Assembly (NCBI GenBank): GCA_002450165.1
Contig: DJYQ01000012.1
Span: 519 to 64,518 of the forward strand
Reading direction: 5' to 3'
Source of the DNA: Prevotellaceae bacterium UBA6974
GTDB taxonomy: Bacteria > Bacteroidota > Bacteroidia > Bacteroidales > Bacteroidaceae
Length of the DNA: 64,000 bases
Notes under the pieces: model-generated
The model's input: only the letters and a program-made list of their open reading frames with translations
The model's database searches: none
What the model was told of the DNA's origin: nothing
Translations under genes and position numbers: made by a program
Part shown: one piece after another, positions 47,328 through 55,493 of the stretch
Numbering within the stretch: the stretch's first letter is position 1
Layout: each line of letters opens with the position of its first letter

Positions 47328-48476
47328 CTAAAAGTCGCGGTACTCTGGGTGCTGCGACTTTTTTACTGCAACGCATTCCATTTCAATAAGCCATGTGGGA
47401 CGACACACAGGAGCCAGCGTTAATATGCACGGAATATTGGGGAAACGTTCTGCAAACATGTGTTTTACTGTCCTATAGTCTGCGATATCGCGCAGGTAAA
47501 CGATTATCTGCATTACATCGTCAAATCCCATACCGCCTTCTTTCAACAACTCCCCGACATTCTCCCACATGCGCCGGGTCTGCAGGACTATATTCCCTAC
47601 ATGCATGACCTGACCCATGTTGTCAATCGAGGCAGTTCCAGAAATATAGGCATGATCACGGTCGCCGAAACGGAACAATGTGCCTCGTTCAAATGTCACG
47701 CCATACTCGATTGTCCTGTTCAGGTGGCTTAGAGCGTACAGATACTGTTGCTGTCCATGGCTGAATCCTGTCATCGCATACGAGCCGAACTGAATTAGTG
47801 CCCTGGGATCAGAAGGATTCCCACCTATACCGGTAGAGGAAATGTAATGTGTGTCCTGTGTAAGCCCGTTCGCTTCAAAGTTTTCGCGGCGCGCCACAAC
47901 CAGACCCTTATACTGTGTATCGACATCACGAACAAAGAACCATGTGCGAATGCAGTTGTCCGCAATATTTGCCCCATGCGTCTCCAATGTCCTTTCGTAC
48001 ACGTCCAGCAGGTCCTGTGTCTGCTGGTAGCTTGACCCCGCATGGCTTATCATGCCCATCGTCCATATCTGGCGGTAGCCGTTGTGGCTCACTACTGTCG
48101 AGCCAAGGTTATCCGCATTAGCCAGCACATCCGTTCCGCATTGCATATAGACCCATAATGCAACCTTGCTACCGTCCAGCGGCGGTTGTTGGATATACGA
48201 AACGGTACATTTGCCATTGTCAATAATACAAGGCTTCTGGTTTGTGGCATCACTCAGGAAATAACGCTTGAATACAGGATTGGCACCTGCCAACTCATCG
48301 CTCTTCATCAGCAATGCCTCTGCATGCTGCAGACGTTCAATCTGTCCCGCAAACAACTCGTCACGAGGTTCCACACTGTACATTGCATGCCACTCACCAA
48401 CCTTGCCGGCAGGTACAAAGCACGAGAGTTCAATACGTACCCCTAAATCCTCAAGATACAATACCTTGTATTCCAT
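47328..48476 (-). CDS. Two-domain RidA/YjgF-fold protein (possibly FkbO/Hyg5-like chorismatase family)
   Basis: The C-terminal ~120 aa (YISGTASID...VYLRDIADY...EMECVA) looks like the endoribonuclease L-PSP/Rid fold. An extra N-terminal domain resembles the one in FkbO-type enzymes. This assignment is low-certainty. Confidence 0.55.
   Translation of the reverse strand: MEYKVLYLEDLGVRIELSCFVPAGKVGEWHAMYSVEPRDELFAGQIERLQHAEALLMKSDELAGANPVFKRYFLSDATNQKPCIIDNGKCTVSYIQQPPLDGSKVALWVYMQCGTDVLANADNLGSTVVSHNGYRQIWTMGMISHAGSSYQQTQDLLDVYERTLETHGANIADNCIRTWFFVRDVDTQYKGLVVARRENFEANGLTQDTHYISSTGIGGNPSDPRALIQFGSYAMTGFSHGQQQYLYALSHLNRTIEYGVTFERGTLFRFGDRDHAYISGTASIDNMGQVMHVGNIVLQTRRMWENVGELLKEGGMGFDDVMQIIVYLRDIADYRTVKHMFAERFPNIPCILTLAPVCRPTWLIEMECVAVKKSQHPEYRDF
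47330..47364 (+). terminator. Terminator candidate for the TBDR-DUF362 pair, embedded in the 3' end of the convergent gene
   Basis: The stem AAAAGTCGC / GCGACTTTT is followed by TTTAC. Confidence 0.4.
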
Positions 48477-48580
48477 TTCCGCGCACAAAGGTAATAAAAA
48501 ATAGAAATTTTACAGCATCTGCCGTTAGTATTTTGTACCTTTACATCACCTAAGGACACAAAAAAACAGCAAAACACCCG

Positions 48581-49303
48581 ATGGAAAGCTATTCAGTACC
48601 GGCAATTCATACACGATCATGTACCATTTTGGGAAACGAGGCGATGCAGAAGCTGAACCGGAAGCGTGTGATAATTTTCGGTGTAGGCGGAGTAGGAAGC
48701 TGGTGTGCCGAAAGTCTGGTCCGTACCGGTTTGACTCACCTGACAATAGTAGACAGTGATACTGTGTGTGTTACGAATTGTAACCGTCAGTTGATGGCAA
48801 CAACCAGTACTGTAGGACAGATCAAGGTTGATGCTATGAAACAGCGCCTGATGGAGATTAATCCCGATGCACAGATTACGGCATTGTCAACCCGTTACAC
48901 ACAGGATACTGCAGACCAGTTCCATCTGGAAGAATACGATGTGATAATTGACTGTATCGATTCCTTGCCGGACAAAGCAGATCTGATATTACGTGCCAGT
49001 AAGCTGTATCCCGATACGCTACTGTTGTCAAGTATGGGTGCTGCGCTGAAAAAAGATCCTACCAAGATACAGGTTGCGGAGTTTTGGAAAGTGGAAGGAG
49101 ATGCCCTTGCCAGAGCGTTGCGTAACCGTTTCAAGCGCAGCAGGCAGTTTCCTGCACACAAATTCCAATGTGTATATAGCAAGGAACCTCCGCTGCCTAA
49201 CCTGGTGGAGGGTGATGGCAACGGAAGTCTTGTTCACATTACATCTATCTTCGGTATGATGTTGTCGGGACTGGCGATAGAGTGGTTAGTGGATAAGGGT
49301 TAG
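48581..49303 (+). CDS. tcdA: tRNA threonylcarbamoyladenosine dehydratase (ThiF/E1-like)
   Basis: VIIFGVGGVGSWCAESLVRTGLTHLTIVDSDTVCVTNCNRQ aligns with the TcdA/CsdL nucleotide-binding block. Confidence 0.85.
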   Translation: MESYSVPAIHTRSCTILGNEAMQKLNRKRVIIFGVGGVGSWCAESLVRTGLTHLTIVDSDTVCVTNCNRQLMATTSTVGQIKVDAMKQRLMEINPDAQITALSTRYTQDTADQFHLEEYDVIIDCIDSLPDKADLILRASKLYPDTLLLSSMGAALKKDPTKIQVAEFWKVEGDALARALRNRFKRSRQFPAHKFQCVYSKEPPLPNLVEGDGNGSLVHITSIFGMMLSGLAIEWLVDKG

Positions 49304-50037
49304 TGGTTTAGCGGCAGGACCTTGCCTAGGAAGTAGGGTAGTTGCTTGCGCCACCACGGCCAGTCATGATCGACATCATATCCCCAGTAGTCAACCATTG
49401 CATGAATCCCCTTTTCGTGCAATATGGCATCCAACTGGCGTGTGCTATCGAGCAGTTCGTCTTCCCATCTTCCCTGTCCGACGCAGATAAAGATATGACA
49501 TTTGTTGTACAGGTCAATCCAGGGGTGGTCTTTTGGCATCTGCCGTAGGAAGTCCAGTGGAGAATTTGCATATGTCAGGTCATCACTATAGTCAGGGAAA
49601 CCATACGATGCACTGTACAATCCGCTCAGGGCAATGACTGTGTCAAAAATGTCTGGACGACGGAAAAAGAAGTTGGCAGCATGGAATGCTCCCATGCTGC
49701 ATCCTGTGGTAATGAAGGTCTCATCGGGACGAATGCGCACGGCAGGTAGCAGTTCGTCTATAATGTAGTTGTACCAGCGTTCGTGCTGTTCGATGCGGTA
49801 GCGTGGATCGTTGGTGGTGTCGCTCCAGGTTTCGCCGTCTATGCCGTCACAGCATATTACACGAGCCTTACCTGATTCAATCCATGGGTCAAGGATGTTT
49901 ATCATCCCGAAATTCTCATAGTCAAAGAATCGTCCGTTCTGACTGGGAAAAACCAGTATTGGATGTCCTTCCGTTCCGTAAGTTTTGTATTCCATGTCAC
50001 GTCCCAGCGACTGACTGTAGTGTTTATGGTAATTCAT
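49300..50037 (-). CDS. Esterase-D-like alpha/beta hydrolase ('putative esterase' family)
   Basis: The nucleophile elbow is GCSMGAF (GxSxG). The protein is 245 aa and cytoplasmic, with no signal peptide. Confidence 0.8.
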   Translation of the reverse strand: MNYHKHYSQSLGRDMEYKTYGTEGHPILVFPSQNGRFFDYENFGMINILDPWIESGKARVICCDGIDGETWSDTTNDPRYRIEQHERWYNYIIDELLPAVRIRPDETFITTGCSMGAFHAANFFFRRPDIFDTVIALSGLYSASYGFPDYSDDLTYANSPLDFLRQMPKDHPWIDLYNKCHIFICVGQGRWEDELLDSTRQLDAILHEKGIHAMVDYWGYDVDHDWPWWRKQLPYFLGKVLPLNH

Positions 50038-50065
50038 AATTCAGGATTCGTTATTAAATTATGCC
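50031..50065. repeat. Short AATTNNN-type heptamer run in the ATP-grasp/esterase junction
   Basis: The run AATTCAT AATTCAG GATTCGT TATTAAA TTATGCC spans the esterase ATG (50037) and the ATP-grasp stop (50059). Confidence 0.55.
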
Positions 50066-51255
50066 CTGTTACAAGTGTCGTACAGGAATTCGTCACGTTC
50101 TTCCTCGGTGCGGAAGCGGGCTATATATGCCTGATCACCCATAGCTGGTGCCAAGGCCTTGTCCACATGCGGAGCCATACACATTGCGTAGCTGTATTTA
50201 TCCATGATTTCATCGTGGCTCATCACATATTGGCAATTGGCCCGACGGCCCGAATATACACAGTAATAATCGTCAGGTTCGGCCTTGTCCATGCGCTTGT
50301 CAAAGGCAATCATGTCAGCCCATATCTTGTACACGTTAACACTGTGTCCGTAGTTAATCATGTCCGGAGTATATCCGCCGCCAGGACGCATGTTGACTTC
50401 CAAGGCTACAAAGTCTCCTTCGTTGCCCAGTCCCTTGTGTGCACGGTCCAGCTGGAAGAATTCCAGATGTACGAAACGGCTTTGTACACCGAAAGCTTTT
50501 ACGGTACGGCGCCCCCAGAAACGCAGGTTCTCGTTAATATCACGTTGTACATAGTACGTGCTGTCCAGATTGTAGTTAACAATGTCTGCAATGGAAGGCG
50601 GGCATACACACATACTTTCGAACAGGGGATTCCCCTTCGAGTCAATCACTGCATCGTATGTACAGATATTGCCCGTTACGAATTCCTCGATAACATAGCA
50701 TTCGATATGAGGTGTTTCGCGGAAGAATACGTGCAGGGCCATCTCGTCTTCAATCTTGTGGGCACCACCAGCACCTACACCGATATCAGGCTTGGCGAAT
50801 ATCGGATAACCTGCCTCGTCGGCAAAATGGAGAACGGCTTCCAGTCCTTCGCTGGCCTTTATCTGGCGTGCTGTACGGATACCGCCTGCCGCATAGTATT
50901 TCTTCATCTCGGATTTCTCTTTGATGCTGTCGATGCGGTCAGTTTTTATGCCTGTAGTTATGTTGAAATCAGTGCGCAGGCGAGCATCCTGTTCCAGCCA
51001 ATATTCGTTATTACTTTCCAACCAGTTGATGCGTCCGTACTTAGATGCAAAAAATGCCACAGCCCGATACATCTGGTCGTAATCCTCCATGTCCGAAACC
51101 CGATAATACTCTGTCAGCGCATTGCGAAGTCTTTCGTCAACCTCATTATATGGTGCATCCCCTATGCCAAGCACATTTACACCATTCTCCTTAAGAGCCG
51201 CACAGAAATTCCAGTAGTTCTCGGGGAAATGCGGCGAAACGAAAATAAAATTCAT
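50059..51255 (-). CDS. ATP-grasp family carboxylate-amine ligase (substrate unknown)
   Basis: A pre-ATP-grasp N-terminus (MNFIFVSPHFPENYW...GVNVLGIGDAPY) is followed by a central and C-terminal ATP-grasp fold (...VALEVNMRPGGG...). I prefer the ATG at 51255 to the TTG at 51261. Confidence 0.8.
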   Translation of the reverse strand: MNFIFVSPHFPENYWNFCAALKENGVNVLGIGDAPYNEVDERLRNALTEYYRVSDMEDYDQMYRAVAFFASKYGRINWLESNNEYWLEQDARLRTDFNITTGIKTDRIDSIKEKSEMKKYYAAGGIRTARQIKASEGLEAVLHFADEAGYPIFAKPDIGVGAGGAHKIEDEMALHVFFRETPHIECYVIEEFVTGNICTYDAVIDSKGNPLFESMCVCPPSIADIVNYNLDSTYYVQRDINENLRFWGRRTVKAFGVQSRFVHLEFFQLDRAHKGLGNEGDFVALEVNMRPGGGYTPDMINYGHSVNVYKIWADMIAFDKRMDKAEPDDYYCVYSGRRANCQYVMSHDEIMDKYSYAMCMAPHVDKALAPAMGDQAYIARFRTEEERDEFLYDTCNRA

Positions 51256-51369
51256 AGTCAAAATGTTAAGTTTGCGCCTGACAAATATAGGATTAATATT
51301 TGAAAAATATGTAAAAATGTCAGCAATATATCATATTGACATATATTTTTCATACTTTTGCATCCAGTT
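51256..51369. promoter_or_regulatory. Divergent promoter region with candidate -7 boxes on both strands
   Basis: The minus strand has plus-strand CAAATATA at 51282-51289, which is TATATTTG. The plus strand has TAAGTTTG at 51267-51274 and TACTTTTG at 51353-51360. Confidence 0.35.
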
Positions 51370-52098
51370 ATGTTTACGCTGTTCTTGACAAGCAGTCCTT
51401 GCAACGATACCGATGGCGCAATTTTCGAAAAAAACGGATTGCGCGAAGAGTTGCTGCGACAGGTCCCTGTCGGAGCCTGTGCCTTGATGGTCGCATCAGA
51501 TCCCAGTGACACCTGCGGCAACGATATGGCCAGTGTGGGATTGCGAGGTACGATGGAGCGCGCAGGAATGTCGTTCGCTTCATGGAAAATATTGGACAGG
51601 CGCAATCAGCATCAGGTTTCAGTTCTGGTAAGAGAATCGGACTTTATTATCCTGTGCGGAGGCCACGTACCTACACAACACCAGTTCTTCAGTCAGATAT
51701 ATTTGCGCGAGGAACTGCGTGCCTTCCAGGGAACGCTGTTGACAATCAGTGCAGGCAGTATGAACTGTGCAGACATCGTCTATTCCTTACCCGAATACCA
51801 AGGAGAGGCAATCAGTCCTACATACCAACGATTCTTTCCCGGTCTGGGACTCACCAGTGTGCAGATTTTGCCACATTATTATATGTGGAAGGGAGGCAAG
51901 GTTGATGACCTTCTGGTATATGAGGAGATTGCCGCAGAAGACAGCCTGGGACGACGTTTCTATGTTTTTCCGGACGGGACCTATCTATTCAGCAAATTCG
52001 GGTACGAGGAAATACGAGGTGAATCCTATATCATAGAAAACGGCATATTCCGCCAAATATGCGAAGACGGACAAAAGGTTCTGTTGCCTATAATCTGA
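51370..52098 (+). CDS. Peptidase S51 (dipeptidase E / cyanophycinase-like) family protein
   Basis: The class-I glutamine-amidotransferase-like fold shows ILCGGH and TISAGSMN, the candidate Ser nucleophile context. I prefer the ATG at 51370 to the TTG at 51358. Confidence 0.65.
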   Translation: MFTLFLTSSPCNDTDGAIFEKNGLREELLRQVPVGACALMVASDPSDTCGNDMASVGLRGTMERAGMSFASWKILDRRNQHQVSVLVRESDFIILCGGHVPTQHQFFSQIYLREELRAFQGTLLTISAGSMNCADIVYSLPEYQGEAISPTYQRFFPGLGLTSVQILPHYYMWKGGKVDDLLVYEEIAAEDSLGRRFYVFPDGTYLFSKFGYEEIRGESYIIENGIFRQICEDGQKVLLPII

Positions 52099-52216
52099 AA
52101 ACTGCGTTCTAACTTTTCCACTTGGAAAATTGATTAGCCGGCCAGGGGATGGTGATGATTTTTTGTGATATTTTTAAAATTCGGAGTAAATTCTTCTTTC
52201 TTTTACCAAAAATCTG

Positions 52217-52224
52217 TAAATTTG
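52217..52224 (+). promoter_or_regulatory. Candidate -7 box (TAAATTTG) preceding the riboswitch
   Basis: It matches TAnnTTTG, about 8 nt before the first conserved riboswitch block. Confidence 0.45.
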
Positions 52225-52229
52225 CGCTG

Positions 52230-52400
52230 CATTTGGTTCACAAGACTGCGTAAATAGTCGAGTGCTAAGATGGGAATGCAGTGAGATTCTGCAACATTGC
52301 CCGATGCTGTAAGTCCTTTGTAAGGTAATACAGATGCCACTGTGTAACGGGAAGGCGTATTACTTTCGGAACGAGTCAGAAGACCTGCCAATGCCAGCGT
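52230..52400 (+). promoter_or_regulatory. Cobalamin (B12) riboswitch aptamer
   Basis: All conserved blocks appear in order: GGTTC, AAGATGGGAA, CAGTGAGATTCTG, TTGCCCGATGCTGTAA, the B12 box GCCACTG-N7-GGGAAGGC, and AGTCAGAAGACCTGCC. An expression platform of about 90 nt follows before the ATG at 52491. Confidence 0.9.
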
Positions 52401-52490
52401 AGTAGAACCCTGCGGGATTACGGGGGACGAAATCAATGCTGATATGATATAACCGCACGCTATATGCGTGCTATAATGCTATGTAGTCTA

Positions 52491-53534
52491 ATGAGAAAAC
52501 TAAATTACTATCTGCTGACTCTTGCGGTGCTGGCGTTCGTTGTGATAACGGAAGCCAGTGCGCAGAGTCTTAATTCACCCTACCTGAACAAGGTTTATGA
52601 ATATGTGCCTGCCCCAGGTCAGTTTATCAACACCATGCCCGAGTGGGAAGATGGTGACGATGCAGGGACTATGGCAGCAAAGTGTACCGAACTGCTTGCC
52701 GATGAGGGTATGATTTGCCTTGGTGGCTTTGGTGGCTATGTAACTTTTGGCTTTGATCACCCAGTAGTTAACGTTGCAGGCGAGTATGACCTGTATATTA
52801 TGGGTAATGCATTTGCAGGTACCGGCCTGACAGATGCAGGCAGTTCGGAGCCTGGAATTGTCATGGTCAGTCAGGATACCAACGGAAACGGTCTTCCCGA
52901 TGATGAATGGTACGAGCTTAGCGGCAGTGCCGACATAGACAGTGTCGGCAAGGTGGTGTACAACTACGGGATTACCTACAAATACGCAGGCGAGAAGAAA
53001 CCTATCGCATGGACTGACAATCAGGGAGGTAAGGGTGTTATGGTACGCAATGCATATCATGACCAGGAATATTTCCCCGCATGGCTGACAAGTGCAGGTT
53101 CCCTGACTTTTACTGGCACGTTGCTGCCTAAGAATATGTACAAGGACAGTGAAACCGGCCAGTTTGTCATGAGGTTTCTTCGCTATGGCTATGTTGACAA
53201 CAAGCCTAATCTTATTGACGGCAGAAAGAACGAGGCATGTTGCTTTAACCTGGATTGGGCAGTTGACCATGAACGCCAGCCAGTTAAGCTCAGTCAGATT
53301 GATTTTGTGCGCGTATATTGTGCCATGAACCAGATTAACGGTCTGCTGGGCGAAACCAGTACCGAATTTGCGGGTGCCGAGGACCTGCACCCGTCAGCAG
53401 TACCTACAGCTGTGGTTGATATTGCAACATCCGGAACCCCGGAAGCCGGCATATACTACGATCTGACTGGTCGTAAGACAAGCCCCAACGCCAAGGGTGT
53501 GCTCATCACTAACGGAAAACTTATCATAAAGTAA
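52491..53534 (+). CDS. Secreted protein of unknown function with a T9SS-like C-terminal tail
   Basis: The ATG at 52491 gives the signal peptide MRKLNYYLLTLAVLAFVVITEASA. The protein ends ...GIYYDLTGRKTSPNAKGVLITNGKLIIK. It is the first gene after the riboswitch. Confidence 0.7.
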   Translation: MRKLNYYLLTLAVLAFVVITEASAQSLNSPYLNKVYEYVPAPGQFINTMPEWEDGDDAGTMAAKCTELLADEGMICLGGFGGYVTFGFDHPVVNVAGEYDLYIMGNAFAGTGLTDAGSSEPGIVMVSQDTNGNGLPDDEWYELSGSADIDSVGKVVYNYGITYKYAGEKKPIAWTDNQGGKGVMVRNAYHDQEYFPAWLTSAGSLTFTGTLLPKNMYKDSETGQFVMRFLRYGYVDNKPNLIDGRKNEACCFNLDWAVDHERQPVKLSQIDFVRVYCAMNQINGLLGETSTEFAGAEDLHPSAVPTAVVDIATSGTPEAGIYYDLTGRKTSPNAKGVLITNGKLIIK

Positions 53535-53569
53535 ACTATAACATTATTAATTATTAAAATTTTCAGCTT

Positions 53570-55285
53570 ATGAAGAGAATCTTTACTCTTATGCTTGCCC
53601 TGGTGGCTGTAATAGGCATTCAGGCGCAGGGACACATCAATCTTCATCTGACAGGATGTACCGCCGCCGATGGTAATCCTACAGAGTTAACAGATGATGA
53701 CGGTTATGTCGAACTATACTTCAATGTAGAGAGCGGCTACACCTTTGCCGGAGCCGAGATTTCCGTAAAACACGGTGAGACAGAGTTCTCGGCAGAATAC
53801 GGTGCATCTGCTGGGTACTATTATTTTGAGGGCGGTAATCTGTTCTTAATGTATGACGACGACATAACCGAAGATTTTGATGTAACCATTACATGTAGGG
53901 AGGAGCAGGTCGGACCAGAACTGCCAGCAGTATTCTCGCCCGCAACCTTCGAGGATCTGGAAATCGCCGGAAACAGCGTATATCGCCCCGCATCATTTGT
54001 TCCCGGTGATAACAAGTGGCTCAGTGGTGCTGCACGTTTCAATACAAATGTAATGGACTGGAGCATGTATGGACTGGGCTATGGCTATTCGGCAATTCAG
54101 GCGGTAAGCTACAAGGCAGGTGCAAAAGTTTCGGACACCAGTGATGCTTATTTGCCATCTGCAGTTGGCGCTGCACAGGGCAACAATTATGCCACAATCA
54201 ACATCATGAGTGCATTCGAGAAGATAAATTTCACGAAGACGACTCTCAGTGGTGTTGCCATTACCAATACGGCAACCAATGTATCTGCATTCATCAATGG
54301 CGACGGAATGAGCGTGGAAACAATAGGAGGAGTAAAGAAATATGGCCTCCCATTCCATCAGGATGACTGGTTCCTGCTCACAATCAAGGGTCTTGACGGT
54401 GAGACGGTTACAGGCACAATCGATTTCTATCTGGCAGACTATCGTACAGAGGGGAATTGGAAATTTGCCAAGAACTGGCAATGGGTTGACCTTAGCTCAC
54501 TTGGTGAAATTGACGGTCTGCAATTCGAATTGTCTTCGACCAAGCACAATAATTACGGTATGTCAACTTCCGCATATTTCTGCATTGACAATCTGGGCGG
54601 CCAGCCAAGCGACTGCAATTTGGGCGACATGACTGCCGCCGTTCCTGCTTCAAACCTTGATGACGATGCGGCTTATGCAGTTACAACCGAGTATGTCGCA
54701 CAATCTGTAACCTATACCCGTTCGATGACAACAGATTGGGGAACTATCTGTCTGCCATACGAGGTTAAGAGCAATGACGATGTCCAGTATTATGAATTGA
54801 TGGGTGCTACGGCAGACGAACTCTCATTCCGACCCGTTACCAAGGTTGCTGCCGGTCAGCCGGCAGTATTCAGGAAACTGACTTCTGGCAGCGACGTAGA
54901 AATCAATGCCGAGAACGTTGTGCTGAAACCCGCAGGGCAGTATTTGACAACAGCCGAAACAGTACCTTCGAACTGGATTATGAATGGCACATTGACAGGT
55001 ACTACGATTCAGGGCATGGACAAGTACTTTGTCGCTCAGAACAAGTTCTGGATTGCCGAAGATGAAACCGAGGTCAAACCATATCGCGGCTGGTTCCAGA
55101 CAACAACCCCCAACAACACCCGCAGCATGGTCATCTCGGTTATTGACGGAGATGCAACCAGCGTCCTCACGATTGACGGCAACGGCAACCTGACCGAAGG
55201 CCAGATGTACGACCTCTCGGGCCGCAAGGTTAACGCCAATGCCAAGGGAATCGTTATCCAGAACAAGAAACTGATTATCAAGTAA
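53570..55285 (+). CDS. Secreted multi-domain protein, central region DUF4465-like, with a T9SS-like C-terminal tail
   Basis: The signal peptide is MKRIFTLMLALVAVIGIQA. The central block (ATFEDLEI...GVAITNT...DWFLLTIKGLDGE...IDFYLADYR...WQWVDLSSLGEIDGLQFELSS...AYFCIDNLG) matches my memory of DUF4465. The protein ends ...MYDLSGRKVNANAKGIVIQNKKLIIK. Confidence 0.7.
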   Translation: MKRIFTLMLALVAVIGIQAQGHINLHLTGCTAADGNPTELTDDDGYVELYFNVESGYTFAGAEISVKHGETEFSAEYGASAGYYYFEGGNLFLMYDDDITEDFDVTITCREEQVGPELPAVFSPATFEDLEIAGNSVYRPASFVPGDNKWLSGAARFNTNVMDWSMYGLGYGYSAIQAVSYKAGAKVSDTSDAYLPSAVGAAQGNNYATINIMSAFEKINFTKTTLSGVAITNTATNVSAFINGDGMSVETIGGVKKYGLPFHQDDWFLLTIKGLDGETVTGTIDFYLADYRTEGNWKFAKNWQWVDLSSLGEIDGLQFELSSTKHNNYGMSTSAYFCIDNLGGQPSDCNLGDMTAAVPASNLDDDAAYAVTTEYVAQSVTYTRSMTTDWGTICLPYEVKSNDDVQYYELMGATADELSFRPVTKVAAGQPAVFRKLTSGSDVEINAENVVLKPAGQYLTTAETVPSNWIMNGTLTGTTIQGMDKYFVAQNKFWIAEDETEVKPYRGWFQTTTPNNTRSMVISVIDGDATSVLTIDGNGNLTEGQMYDLSGRKVNANAKGIVIQNKKLIIK

Positions 55286-55305
55286 ACACTACGAAAACAA
55301 CCGAT

Positions 55306-55488
55306 ATGAAAAAGACATTCGTACAGCCAATGGCACAAACAATTGCCATGGAAGCAGAAGGTCACATCCTGACAGGTTCTCAGCCAATGTCGTCCGGCGG
55401 CAGCAATGCCGGCGGCGGACCGACACAGGCAGACGTCCGTTACAATCCAATGGGAGAGTCCGGCAGCGATGTATTCCTGATGAACTGA
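55306..55488 (+). CDS. Candidate 60-aa small protein (last ORF of the riboswitch operon)
   Basis: The ATG lies 20 nt after the preceding stop on the same strand. The sequence is MKKTFVQPMAQTIAMEAEGHILTGS followed by a Gly/Ser-rich tail. It has no signal peptide, and coding status is unproven. Confidence 0.4.
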   Translation: MKKTFVQPMAQTIAMEAEGHILTGSQPMSSGGSNAGGGPTQADVRYNPMGESGSDVFLMN

Positions 55489-55493
55489 TTTGT

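Noticed and set aside
49300-49303. Convergent tcdA and esterase genes overlap at their stop codons.
   Set aside because: A stop-codon overlap of 3-4 nt between convergent genes is common in compact genomes and is not by itself informative.
49963-51303. A 446-aa plus-strand ORF, the longest unexplained ORF in the track.
   Set aside because: It lies entirely antisense to the esterase 5' end and the ATP-grasp gene. It has no motifs, a Val/Cys/His-rich composition and no promoter box. The minus-strand products are clearly recognisable.
52203-52436. A 77-aa minus-strand ORF.
   Set aside because: It coincides exactly with the cobalamin riboswitch on the opposite strand.
52575-53390. A 271-aa minus-strand ORF.
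   Set aside because: It lies antisense to the first riboswitch-operon gene, which has a signal peptide and a conserved-type C-terminal tail.
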